Origin: an uncultured bacterium | Lineage (GTDB): Bacteria > Patescibacteriota > Minisyncoccia > UBA6257 > 2-01-FULL-56-20 | Assembly: GCA_963718575.1 (NCBI GenBank) | Contig: OY970358.1 | Location: 258,172 to 322,171 of the forward strand | Reading direction: 5' to 3' | Length of the DNA stretch: 64,000 nucleotides | Shown: positions 29,108 through 40,373 of the stretch, piece by piece | Numbering within the stretch: the stretch's first letter is position 1 | Layout of the letters: each line of letters starts with the position of its first letter | Position numbers and translations under genes: made by a program | Notes under the pieces: model-generated | The model's input: the letters and a program-made list of their open reading frames with translations, nothing else | What the model was told of the DNA's origin: nothing | Database searches by the model: none

Positions 29108-31006
29108 TCATTCGATCACCCCGCGAATGCGCCGGATCCCCGCCGCGACCGCCTCCTCTTTTGCGATTTTGAAATGCCCGATCTCACCGGTATGCGATAC
29201 ATGCGGCCCGCCGCAGAATTCGATGGAGAATGCTTTGTCGAATTGCGGATGCTCAAGTGTGGCATCCTTCGGTCCGATGGAATAGACCGACACCCGCGCC
29301 GGATATTTCTGCCCGAACTCGTGTTCGGCGCCAAGCTTCTCGGCATCCTCGAGCGCCATCTCGCTCCGGATCACCGGCAGATCCTCCGCGATCTTTTCAT
29401 TCACGATCTTCTCGACGGCTGCTTTCTGCTCATCCGTCAGTTTTGCGTCATGCAAGTAGTCGAGGCGCAAGCGCTCGCTCGTAATGTTGCTTCCCCGCTG
29501 CTTAACCCTCGGGCCGAGCACCTGCTGAAGCGCTCTTAATAATAGATGATGCGTGGTGTGCAACCGCACGGTCTTCTCGGACGTATCCGCCAGACCGCCC
29601 TTGAACGTGCCGGCTGCAGCCGTGCGGGAAAGATCGCGATGTTTAGTGAACTCGCGTTCGAACTCTTCTTTGTTGATCTTGATCCCCTTTTCCGTCGCCA
29701 TCTCTTGCGTAAGTTCCCATGGAAATCCATAGCTTTGATAAAGATCGAACGCGTCCTTGCCGGTGATTGTGCCGCTCGTCTCGCGTTTTTTAAATTCTTT
29801 TAATCCTTCATCCACCGCCGCCATGAACTTCGCGAACTCTTCGGCGATAATCTTTGTGATGCTGTCCGCGTCATCGGCGATATTGCTATAGCTATCCTTA
29901 TAAAGACCGGCTAAAACACCAACGGTCTTTTTTACCCATCCATACTCCGGCTTTAGCGACATCGAAAAAAGTGCGGCACGACGGAGCAAACGACGTAGCA
30001 CGTATCCCTGTCCTTTATTGGACGGCAACACGCCGTCGCCGATCAAGAATACCGATGCGCGCATGTGATCCAAAATGACGCGTATCTTACGCACGCCTTC
30101 TTCCGTCTCCATGAATGCGGGATCGAGAGTAAAGACCTCCGCCATCTTCCTGAAAACGTCGATATGAAAAATATCCGAGTCGCCGTTCGTTGCCGCAGTG
30201 ATGCGCTCCAGCCCTCCACCGAAATCCACGTTGCGCTGGGCGAGCTTTTCGAACGAACCATCGGTGCGCTTTTTGTATTCCATAAACACGCTGTTGCCGA
30301 TCTCGAGGAAGCGGCCGCAGTCGCAGTTCGGATGGCATTGCGCCCCGAACTTCGTGTCATGAGGCGTCCCAAAATCATAGAATACTTCCGAGTCCGGACC
30401 ACCAGGTTCGCCTGCGGGCATTTTTGACGGCACGCCCGCCCGTGACCACCAGTTCTTTTTTACGTCGTATGAAAAAATGCGGCCGCCTTGCATGCCGATG
30501 GCACTGCCGTTAGCCTCGGAACCGAGCTGAACATATTTTGCGTCGATGTCTTTGGAGAGGAAGAGTTCCTTCCAGATCTTCACTGACTCGTCGTCGGCGG
30601 GAATTTCCATCTCCGAATCCCCCGCGAACACCGTCACATATAAGTTCATCGGATCGAGGCCGACGCCTGCCTTTGGGTCCGCTAAAAACTCAAAGAACCA
30701 GGTAAGCTGATTCTGTTTGAAATAATCGCCGAGCGACCAGTTACCGAGCATCTCGAAAAACGTGGTGTGGCGATTGTCGCCTACTTCGTCGATATCGTCG
30801 GCGCGGAAGCTCTTTTGCGAGTTCGTGATGCGCTTGCCTTCCGGATGCGGCTGGCCGAGCAGGTATGGCACGAGCGGCTGCATGCCCGAGCTCGTGAATA
30901 GTGTCGTCGGATCGTTCTCCGGCACGAGCGACGCCGAAGGCACCACCACGTGTCCGCGGGCTTTGAAAAACGCCAGATATCGGGAACGGACTTCGGATAA
31001 GGTCAT
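29108..31006 (-). CDS. alaS: Alanine--tRNA ligase (short form lacking C-Ala)
   Basis: DPT.LFT.SGM, H.TFFEMLGNWS.GDYFK, HTTHHLL, EFCGGPH, AAGIRRI. Confidence 0.96.
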   Translation of the reverse strand: MTLSEVRSRYLAFFKARGHVVVPSASLVPENDPTTLFTSSGMQPLVPYLLGQPHPEGKRITNSQKSFRADDIDEVGDNRHTTFFEMLGNWSLGDYFKQNQLTWFFEFLADPKAGVGLDPMNLYVTVFAGDSEMEIPADDESVKIWKELFLSKDIDAKYVQLGSEANGSAIGMQGGRIFSYDVKKNWWSRAGVPSKMPAGEPGGPDSEVFYDFGTPHDTKFGAQCHPNCDCGRFLEIGNSVFMEYKKRTDGSFEKLAQRNVDFGGGLERITAATNGDSDIFHIDVFRKMAEVFTLDPAFMETEEGVRKIRVILDHMRASVFLIGDGVLPSNKGQGYVLRRLLRRAALFSMSLKPEYGWVKKTVGVLAGLYKDSYSNIADDADSITKIIAEEFAKFMAAVDEGLKEFKKRETSGTITGKDAFDLYQSYGFPWELTQEMATEKGIKINKEEFEREFTKHRDLSRTAAAGTFKGGLADTSEKTVRLHTTHHLLLRALQQVLGPRVKQRGSNITSERLRLDYLHDAKLTDEQKAAVEKIVNEKIAEDLPVIRSEMALEDAEKLGAEHEFGQKYPARVSVYSIGPKDATLEHPQFDKAFSIEFCGGPHVSHTGEIGHFKIAKEEAVAAGIRRIRGVIE

Positions 31007-31137
31007 AAGGCCTATATTAATTGATTTCGGGATGTTCTGCCAGATACGCGTCGCGGATGTAGACGCCGAGCGTCAGAGCCATTTCAGTACAAACGTAAAT
31101 TGCTCCGCGGAGATGTAGGGATTTGAATAATTCCGCG

Positions 31138-31208
31138 TAGCCAAAATACCCTTTTCTTTTTGGACCTAGATATAAGAACAACAGTCCAAAAAGAAAAGGG
31201 TATTTTGG

Positions 31209-31211
<3 letters not shown>
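31138..31211. repeat. 28-bp perfect inverted repeat with 18-nt loop at the rpoD stop
   Basis: TAGCCAAAATACCCTTTTCTTTTTGGAC / GTCCAAAAAGAAAAGGGTATTTTGGCTA. Confidence 0.9.
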
Positions 31212-32519
<1,308 letters not shown>

Positions 32520-32614
32520 AGGAATATATACGCCATTATGCGCTCTTTATTACTAATTTGCAAGGGAAGAGACGGCAGATTGGCGGGATCGCTGCAACAT
32601 GTCGCACCGGATTT

Positions 32615-33895
32615 TTATTGCCCGGAATTATAAAGGGCTTGGATTTCTGTGGCAGAAAGGGCGCTATTATAAATACGAACATCGTCGATGAGACCGAGAA
32701 ACTGATCGCTTGAAGGAAATGAAATGGTCGTACTGCGACCTAATTGCACGTTATCAGCGTTTGTTGTGATGCTCCCCGAAAATGCTACAGAATTTATAAG
32801 CGAGCCATCTATATAGATGTATAAATTTGAACCATCCCAAACCCCTACTGCCTGATGCCAGATCCCGTTGTTATAGGTTCCGCTGGTTACGGCTTGCGTC
32901 CATCCACTGGCATTTTTTGCCCTGAACGATACTATCCCCACCGCGTTTGTGTCTCCCCCGATATCAAGCTGCCATCCGCCGGCCGACGAACTTCCCGTAT
33001 CTTTACCCTTGATCACCAGGGGGCCAGACTGTGTCGCCGAAGATGAATTGAACCAGCAACTGACCGTGATAGCGCTAAATCCATTGGTGAACGATGAACT
33101 GCTTATGTAGACATATGTGCTTGCCCCATCAAATGTTCCGGCCCATGTCTGATCATGTCCGGCAGAGTAGTATCCGCTCGTCCCAACTTGAGAACCAGCC
33201 CATGTTCCCGTTGCATTGTTTACGCTCAAATCAATCGCCGAGCTTCCGCTTCCCTCGTTAAGCTTATACCATCCTACAAGCCCCGTATTATAACTTGGCA
33301 CGGCAAGTGATATATTGCTCCCTTGCGTGAAATATCCGGGAATGGAATTCGCCTGAGCGCTTTGTGCATACTTTGAGCTTTCCGGTATTGCCCACATCTC
33401 CCATTGCGTCCCGTTCGTGGCATACTCGTAATAGAGACCGGAACTTGTGCTATTGATGGGATCGATGGGCAGCGTGGAAAGCGTTGAACCGATGCTTTGC
33501 CCCGCAAAATTCACCGGAACCCATCCCGTACCGTTCACGGCCGTATACGTGGACGGCGGAGCGCATCCATACGTCAGTCCGGAAGGCAGGATGGGAAGCC
33601 CCAAGTCAGAGCAGGTGGGCGAACTATCGGGGATGGAAATATAAACGACCGATGAGCTTCCAAGCGAGAGTCCGTTCGTCTGCAAGAGGGCAATGGATTC
33701 ATTGAGGGAGTTCAGGGCGGCGACACGATTGGAATCCCTTGATTGGCGCAGTAATTCGGCGGGGTTCAGGGTAAGCACGATAACCACCGCCAAAACTGCG
33801 ATGATGGCAATGACAACCAGAAGCTCGATGAGGGTGAACCCCGCGATGAGCCTTCCTTTATAATTTTTTTGTTGTTTCTTCGTTTTCTGCTTCAT
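32615..33895 (-). CDS. Type IV pilin-like protein with LamG/ConA-like domain
   Basis: GFTLIELLVVIAII prepilin motif; WHQAVGVWDG, G.IDDVRIYN.ALS. Confidence 0.9.
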   Translation of the reverse strand: MKQKTKKQQKNYKGRLIAGFTLIELLVVIAIIAVLAVVIVLTLNPAELLRQSRDSNRVAALNSLNESIALLQTNGLSLGSSSVVYISIPDSSPTCSDLGLPILPSGLTYGCAPPSTYTAVNGTGWVPVNFAGQSIGSTLSTLPIDPINSTSSGLYYEYATNGTQWEMWAIPESSKYAQSAQANSIPGYFTQGSNISLAVPSYNTGLVGWYKLNEGSGSSAIDLSVNNATGTWAGSQVGTSGYYSAGHDQTWAGTFDGASTYVYISSSSFTNGFSAITVSCWFNSSSATQSGPLVIKGKDTGSSSAGGWQLDIGGDTNAVGIVSFRAKNASGWTQAVTSGTYNNGIWHQAVGVWDGSNLYIYIDGSLINSVAFSGSITTNADNVQLGRSTTISFPSSDQFLGLIDDVRIYNSALSATEIQALYNSGQ

Positions 33896-34006
33896 AGGCG
33901 AAAACCGCTGGACAATATTTCTTCTTTTTCCTATCCGATCGCGGATACCTTTTTTATGTTGAGGCTGAATGTTTATTTACAATGTTTAGCATCTCATTAT
34001 TCCGGC

Positions 34007-34606
34007 TTAGTTTGGCCCGATGTTCACCGTATCCCCCACTTTTATATGGTATTCTGCAACGGTACCGGAGTTCACCTCAAGAACCTTGTCCACGTTCAGC
34101 GGTGAAGTATAGATGGTCAGATCCCAGGGCTGCGTGCCGGATGCAGGCGCCGGGATGTCCGTCGTAACCCCGGCGATAGTGTTGCCACTGATCCAGATCA
34201 TGTCCAACGGGAAATTCATATCCTTCATCCAGAACGTCTGGACCGATCCCTTTCCAAAAACGAACAGCATTCCATCGTCCACGCCGAGCGACGGGCGGAA
34301 TGAAAGTCCGCGCGTCTGCTCGATCGTCGTGGATGCCACCTCAACACTGAAGGTAACCCCGTCAATACCGAGCGGTTCGGTCTCGAGCAGAGGATTTTCT
34401 CCATTATTGTCCGCGGCATCCGAATCGATGGTATTCGAAGAATCGGCGCCGCTCGATGAAGAAACACTCTGTATTGAAACGTTCACACGGGGCAATGGCG
34501 GGTTCGCCCGACCAAAGAACGCGTACCACCAGATGCCCACAATGAACGCGAACACGAGCAGTGCGATAGCGATGGTGAGCGTGGTCATTTTTTTATCGGG
34601 TGACAT
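34007..34606 (-). CDS. DUF192 family protein, membrane-anchored
   Basis: GLSFR, GMLFVF, FWMKDM.FPLDMIWI, VLEVN.G. Confidence 0.9.
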   Translation of the reverse strand: MSPDKKMTTLTIAIALLVFAFIVGIWWYAFFGRANPPLPRVNVSIQSVSSSSGADSSNTIDSDAADNNGENPLLETEPLGIDGVTFSVEVASTTIEQTRGLSFRPSLGVDDGMLFVFGKGSVQTFWMKDMNFPLDMIWISGNTIAGVTTDIPAPASGTQPWDLTIYTSPLNVDKVLEVNSGTVAEYHIKVGDTVNIGPN

Positions 34607-34610
34607 TACT

Positions 34611-35135
34611 CTATATATTAACATCTGACGGGCGGGCGGCGCTATTTAGGGCGGCCCTCCCAAACCGCAGACCGAACGCCACGATGCCGAACGCGACGGC
34701 GACGTTCAGCGATTCCTTCTTCCCTAACATCGGAATCTCGAGGATGCGATCCACGGCGCGCAGGATGGACGGCGGCAATCCCTTCACTTCATTACCCACG
34801 ATGACGGCCACGCGCGCATCGGCGCGCAACCTCCGCGCGGCGTCGTAGTACGGCACCGATCGCCTGGATTGCTCAAGTGCAAATATTTCATAGTCGTCCT
34901 TTTTTAACCGCCTGACCACCTCCGCCGTCGTCTCCGCAGATTCCCAGGGAATATAGCTCTCCGCACCGAGCGCGACCTTCGCAAAATCCGCGCGCACTTC
35001 CTTAAAGCGGTCGAGCGGCGCGGGCGTGATCCCGCAGAGGAATATCTTCGTGACGCCGGCGGCATCCGCAGTGCGGAAGATCGAGCCCACATTGTGGACG
35101 CTCCGGATGTCGTGCGCGATGACGGCGAGTTCCAT
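34611..35135 (-). CDS. TrmH/SpoU-family RNA methyltransferase
   Basis: NVGSIFRTAD, VGNE..G, IPM.G.KESLNV. Confidence 0.92.
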   Translation of the reverse strand: MELAVIAHDIRSVHNVGSIFRTADAAGVTKIFLCGITPAPLDRFKEVRADFAKVALGAESYIPWESAETTAEVVRRLKKDDYEIFALEQSRRSVPYYDAARRLRADARVAVIVGNEVKGLPPSILRAVDRILEIPMLGKKESLNVAVAFGIVAFGLRFGRAALNSAARPSDVNI

Positions 35136-35170
35136 TCCTCTATGATATCACGCGGTGCGCGCCGAAAACG

Positions 35171-37246
35171 TTAGTTCGAGAGCAACACTCCCGTGTCGCC
35201 CGTCACCGTAAACCTTGCATTGACGAGCGACGGGTCGCCGAACAAACCTCCGACAGTATCCGTTGCCGTTCCATAGAACTGCACGCTTGCGTCGGTGGAA
35301 GGGTTCCCCGTGCTCATATTGAATACCCAATGGTATTGATGATCCGGATGCAATACAAGCGGCGACGATGCAAATGTGAATATAGGAGTACCCGCACACG
35401 AATAGCCGCTGAAATCATTATCGCTCGGTGTCATGCCAAGGGAAGATAACGCATATTCATCGAACACCTGCAGGCCGCATTCCACCACTTCGGGACTCCG
35501 GGCGCCCGTTCCAAAATTTGCAGTGAACAATTCAATCGACCGGAGGGTGGAGGTGGCGGACACGGTAAAATATTGGTGCGCATAACTGAGCCCCGGGCTG
35601 AGAATATACGGGACAAACCCCGGAGGGAAATTCCATGTGGTGGTTGCTATGGCGGAGACGCCGCCATAATTGTCCTTGGCGCGGATGCCGATAAGATACG
35701 AGTTTCCCGTTATTACCGGAATCGAACCTGGCGTGGTCCAACCATCGTCAGAAAGCGATGTCGATGTGGAATAATTCATTTCGTAGCGGAGCGGGTTACC
35801 CGGCCAATCCGGATCGGTGGACGTTGACCAGGAAGGGTTCAGTTGCATGCCGAGCTCATCAAAATTCGCCGTGAGGTTCGTCGGTGTTGTGAGAGGCGGC
35901 GGAGTGAGCGTTGATGTAGCGGGGACACCATCCATTTCCATGAAAGGGAAAAATGGCATGGTGTATCCCACATCGCCGGCGCCGTAAATGAATCTATCCC
36001 ACATCGCCACGCCGGTGGTGGTTGTCGCCGTGCCGGCAAGGATCACGCTGCAATTCTGGAACCCCTGCAAAGTGGTAATACGATAATAAAAGTAGGGCTT
36101 GAGCTGGATGGAGAGTCCGGAAAACGTCGTCGTTACCATGGCAGATGTAAATGACGTATTGATCGAAATCGGAAATTCCTGCACTAGTACGGCATAGTTT
36201 TTATCTTTGAATTCCTGAAGGGTGACTTGCGATGCAGAGTAACGCGAACAATTTACATTGCCTTCGAGTATGAGGGAATCCAGCGTACCCGAGAATCCAC
36301 TGCCCAGCTCAAACCAATTATCGCCATACCAGCTCCACGGGGAGGCGGTACTGTCGTCGGATTGTTGGAAAAGAATACCGCTTGAGGTCGCTGTCGAAGC
36401 GTCCGCGGGGTCGCTTGATGTGCTTGTCGATATGGTACTGGTGGCAGTACTTGTCTGAGCAGGAGCGTCCGATATTTCGATCGTTGAGGTTGATGGCGAA
36501 GGCGGCGCTGCCGGGACGGACGACCCGCCGCTATTGCCATTGCCAACGATTACGGAAACACCGCCCGACGGAACATGGCTGCTGCTCGATGCGGGGATAT
36601 CCACATTGATGCTCGCGATCGTGGTTGTGGTCACGCTCGCGACGATATCGGTGGCGGTAGCGTCCTCATCATCGCCATTGTCCGAAAGATACCACTTCCC
36701 CGCCGTCATGTTCGTATATCCAGAGATCGGCTCGGGGTCGTACGCAGAAAAAGTTCCGTCGGCATTCATGGTGTCCATGGCAAAATGGAGATGCGTGCCG
36801 GGATGATCCGCGCATGCAAAACCGGCAACCAGCCCGGTATCGCCAATGAGTCCGATCGCCTGACCCTGCCGAATAATCGTGCCGGTCGCGACGATGGTGA
36901 TGCTGTCCGGTATGAGATGCGCATATCGGCTCACGATATTCCCGCCGTGATCGATAATCAGCTCCGTGCCGTATCCCCCGTTATAGCCTTCCTGGCTCAG
37001 AAACATCACCCTCCCCGAAGCAGCCGCGACCGCCTGCATCCCGTATGCATCGCAACCGTTCCGGGTAAGATCCAACGCGTAGCTGTCTTTTTTTATATGA
37101 GTAGGCGGAGTCTCATATCCTTGCGTCACCACAAAGCTCTGCCCTTTTGCATAGGGAAGCTTGACGGAAGCCACTGCGGCAAGCGAATGCCCGGGAACAA
37201 CGAGCGTAGCGCATACCGCCATGATAATGATGGACGATTTTTTCAT
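35171..37246 (-). CDS. Secreted M23 peptidase with Ser/Thr linker and beta-rich C-terminal domains
   Basis: Signal peptide; H....YALD, YAHL, HLHF. Confidence 0.82.
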   Translation of the reverse strand: MKKSSIIIMAVCATLVVPGHSLAAVASVKLPYAKGQSFVVTQGYETPPTHIKKDSYALDLTRNGCDAYGMQAVAAASGRVMFLSQEGYNGGYGTELIIDHGGNIVSRYAHLIPDSITIVATGTIIRQGQAIGLIGDTGLVAGFACADHPGTHLHFAMDTMNADGTFSAYDPEPISGYTNMTAGKWYLSDNGDDEDATATDIVASVTTTTIASINVDIPASSSSHVPSGGVSVIVGNGNSGGSSVPAAPPSPSTSTIEISDAPAQTSTATSTISTSTSSDPADASTATSSGILFQQSDDSTASPWSWYGDNWFELGSGFSGTLDSLILEGNVNCSRYSASQVTLQEFKDKNYAVLVQEFPISINTSFTSAMVTTTFSGLSIQLKPYFYYRITTLQGFQNCSVILAGTATTTTGVAMWDRFIYGAGDVGYTMPFFPFMEMDGVPATSTLTPPPLTTPTNLTANFDELGMQLNPSWSTSTDPDWPGNPLRYEMNYSTSTSLSDDGWTTPGSIPVITGNSYLIGIRAKDNYGGVSAIATTTWNFPPGFVPYILSPGLSYAHQYFTVSATSTLRSIELFTANFGTGARSPEVVECGLQVFDEYALSSLGMTPSDNDFSGYSCAGTPIFTFASSPLVLHPDHQYHWVFNMSTGNPSTDASVQFYGTATDTVGGLFGDPSLVNARFTVTGDTGVLLSN

Positions 37247-37262
37247 AGGATGACAAGAAAGA

Positions 37263-37889
37263 TCAGATTTTTAATCCCGATAAAAATGCTTGGAGCATAT
37301 CGCTGCAGGGTGCGGATCCGTCGGCGCCTTCGCCCACTACCGACGGCGCGATCTCGTACGCATGGCTCGCGTTGAATACATAGACGAGCGTCGTCGGAAT
37401 ACCGTCGATCGTTCCCGTCCATTGCACTCCGGTGCCCCCGTTCGGCGAAATATCCTCGCTTGATTGTTCGACGACGGTCAGGCTCGGATCGGCGCCGATT
37501 CGATGCGATATCCAATCCGCCATATCGGTATCCGGCGGGAACGGAAACGCCGACACTTCTATCTTGCACGGTGCATACGCCGATGACGTGTCGGGGTGCA
37601 CCGCAACAGTGTCCGTTGCTGTTTGCTCGACGCTCCAGCTCGCGGGAATGTCCATCGTGTATCCGTCGTGAGAAAATGTTTGCATTGCGACATCGGGCGA
37701 TACCGTTTCACTCGCAGAATTATCCTGCTGTGCACTCACATCCTCCGGCTGTGCCATCGCATTCGATCCCGTCCCGGATGCCTGCATACTTCCCGCGCCG
37801 AGATGTTCGGTGACGAGAAACGTCCCGCCCGCGACCGTCGCGGCGATGAGCCCCCAGAGAACAATGATCCCTCGTGATTGTTTTTTCAT
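37263..37889 (-). CDS. Hypothetical membrane-anchored protein (PsbP-like ectodomain possible)
   Basis: Likely start MKKQSR, TM helix, GY...IP..W. Confidence 0.6.
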   Translation of the reverse strand: MKKQSRGIIVLWGLIAATVAGGTFLVTEHLGAGSMQASGTGSNAMAQPEDVSAQQDNSASETVSPDVAMQTFSHDGYTMDIPASWSVEQTATDTVAVHPDTSSAYAPCKIEVSAFPFPPDTDMADWISHRIGADPSLTVVEQSSEDISPNGGTGVQWTGTIDGIPTTLVYVFNASHAYEIAPSVVGEGADGSAPCSDMLQAFLSGLKI

Positions 37890-37897
37890 ATCGTTTT

Positions 37898-39673
37898 TTA
37901 TTGAAGAATAAAATCGTTTGTATTGTTGTCCGTATCCACCATCGCGCCACCCGACGAGCGGCGCGAAAGCAATTGGTTCGCGCCGGGACTCGTCGGATAC
38001 GGCGGGCCTTCGCCATACTGGTTCACGCCCGCCCCCCATGCGACCGCGTCGACGATATTCCCCGTCGCGTCCATGAGCGCCACACTGTTGTCCGCCGCCA
38101 ACGTCTCGGTGCTCGACACATCCGCGCCGACGGTCTCGGAAAATCCGCCGGTGGCATTTGCCCACACAAACGACTGCCCCGGTGCGATCGCGCTTCCCGC
38201 AGGGAACTCTTTTAATGAATAATCGGCTCCCGTCTGGGACTTTTTATGCAATTTCCATCCGGTCATATCAACCGGGACGCCGGTCGGGTTGTAAAGCTCC
38301 ACAAGATCGTTCGTCGAGGAAGCGCCGGCGATCTGCACTGCAGAGATAAGGATATGGGCCGGGGAAGAGCCGCTTTCGCTGATATTTCCCGCATTTGTAT
38401 CACCGCCTCCTCCTCCATCGGTGGACGTTGAAGACGTGACAGGAGAGTCCACGTCCCCGATCGTGCTTGATGCGAATGCCGCCGGCGGAAGCGCCGAATC
38501 GAATTGCGCGGTGATGGACGTGTTCGCGGCAATCCTGAAGGAGCACACTGTTTCGCCATAACACAACCCGGACCATCCGTTGAACGTCGTGCTTGCCCCG
38601 GCGATCGGCATCAGCGCGATCTGCGTTCCGGACGCAAAACTTCCGGTGCAACTCGCGGCGCATATGAGCCCCGCAGGATCGCTCGTGATCGTCGCGCCCG
38701 CCGCGTTTCCTTCGAACGCAACGATGAGCTTGTACTGCGTTGGCGGTGGTCCTGCGGAATTTTCTGCGCCGGGAGTTCCGCCGGGCAATGCGCTCGTGTG
38801 CCATCCGATACCATCCGCATCGCGTTCAAGCGTGGCCTTCGTCGAATTATTCCCGCCCGGCCATCCGCTTGATGCGTCGAGATAATCCGATATACCGCAT
38901 TGCGGATCGACGAGCGCGAGCACATCGCCGGTATTCGCAAGATCGCCGGAATATATTTTTGCGGTGGAGGTGATTCCATCGCCAGGCGCGGAAGCGTCAC
39001 CGGTCCCGCGCACGAGCGTCAAAAAATCTCCCTGCGCGATCGCGTCTCCCGCGGAAAAGGATATTTTTATTTTCTTAGCCCCGTCCATCAATTCCCATCC
39101 CGAAAGATCGACGGTATCCGTAGAAATATTTTTCAACTCCATCCACTCAGCATCGGACGACGACAGCGACCCCATCCACGCGATCTCGTTAAAAATGATC
39201 TTTCGCGTGGCTGTTGGTGCAGCATCGGGAAACGAGCATGGTGCCGGGGTCGCGCTGGCAGAAAAATCTCCGCTGTCGCTCGAACTTTCATTCAAAGCCT
39301 TTTCATTTTCGCTCTCCGATGACAACGGAACGGTCGTCGTCGCCTGTAGCCCCTCGCCTTGTCCCTGCGTCATATCCGTTTGCGGTGCAGACGTACCGGA
39401 TTCCATGAGATCATCTTTCTTCTCCGCAGGTTTTTTTCTCAACGACAGCGAAGATGTCGCCGTGTCAATGCCTGTCCCCTGATCAAATGGTGGCGATAAG
39501 GATGAAACGCCGTCTATCGAAGAACGATCGACATCGGAGATCGCAGCGATCGGGACTCGCGCAATGCCAATGAGAGCGTTTATCTCTGCCGGGTCAAAAT
39601 AATATGCGACACCTCCCGCTATGGCAACGACAACAACGAAAAAAATGATGCTTATATATTTTTTATTGTTCAT
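37898..39673 (-). CDS. Surface protein with two lamin-tail domains and a beta-repeat
   Basis: IFNEIAWMG..EWMELKN..DLSGW; VELYNPT...D.TGW; F.GWSG.C repeat. Confidence 0.85.
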   Translation of the reverse strand: MNNKKYISIIFFVVVVAIAGGVAYYFDPAEINALIGIARVPIAAISDVDRSSIDGVSSLSPPFDQGTGIDTATSSLSLRKKPAEKKDDLMESGTSAPQTDMTQGQGEGLQATTTVPLSSESENEKALNESSSDSGDFSASATPAPCSFPDAAPTATRKIIFNEIAWMGSLSSSDAEWMELKNISTDTVDLSGWELMDGAKKIKISFSAGDAIAQGDFLTLVRGTGDASAPGDGITSTAKIYSGDLANTGDVLALVDPQCGISDYLDASSGWPGGNNSTKATLERDADGIGWHTSALPGGTPGAENSAGPPPTQYKLIVAFEGNAAGATITSDPAGLICAASCTGSFASGTQIALMPIAGASTTFNGWSGLCYGETVCSFRIAANTSITAQFDSALPPAAFASSTIGDVDSPVTSSTSTDGGGGGDTNAGNISESGSSPAHILISAVQIAGASSTNDLVELYNPTGVPVDMTGWKLHKKSQTGADYSLKEFPAGSAIAPGQSFVWANATGGFSETVGADVSSTETLAADNSVALMDATGNIVDAVAWGAGVNQYGEGPPYPTSPGANQLLSRRSSGGAMVDTDNNTNDFILQ

Positions 39674-40139
39674 GCAAAAAAAGTACCATAATGCCCATTA
39701 AAAGGATCTTAAAGAAAATGCCGTCAAGTCCCCGAACCCCGGCCAGCCGAAAGAACCCCCTTTGCAAGGATGTATCTATATAGAGGGGCCTGGCTTATGG
39801 GAAAACCACCTCCAAGATCGGCCCCAAAAAGAGAGCTGTTTTAAGACAAAATTTCGCTTATAGCGGGGTTTTCCCTTAAAAAATTCTTTTCCAGGATTGA
39901 AGATTAAAAAAGTGTTATACTTTTATTCCACCCGACCGCGGGTCGCCCCGATTTCTTAAAAATCTGTTATAAAAAATTTCGATTTTTAAGGGGTTTTTAA
40001 AAACTAAGGGATGGAACAGGGGGTGCGGGCGGGGAATTCCATCAAAAAGACCGTGTCCAAAAACGGCCCGTGGCGGATCGCCTCCGCGCCGCCATTTTTA
40101 AAAAAATTTGTCCATTTTTTATCCGCCGATCCCCCGTCG

Positions 40140-40148
40140 TTATCCACA
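40140..40148 (+). promoter_or_regulatory. Perfect DnaA box TTATCCACA upstream of nrdA
   Basis: Exact consensus in the intergenic region. Confidence 0.55.
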
Positions 40149-40373
40149 GCCCGCAGCCGTTTTTCAAACCCTGATGCTACACTATTTTTACATCAAAAAA
40201 ACAGGCGCCTCATCTTCATCCCTTCCCATGATGTTCATCGTGAATCACCTTATTAAAAAACGATACAGAGAAGAACGTATCCCGATCGGAGAACGGTCGG
40301 GCAAAAAACGTTTAGACGAAGAAGGTTTCATGCAGAGCGAGGCGAGCGGAAGAAAAAATAATCATTTACCATC

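Noticed and set aside
39674-40373. Long AT-rich divergent intergenic region as oriC
   Set aside because: Only one DnaA box seen, no dnaA/dnaN nearby, and gene orientation returns to the minus strand later in the window
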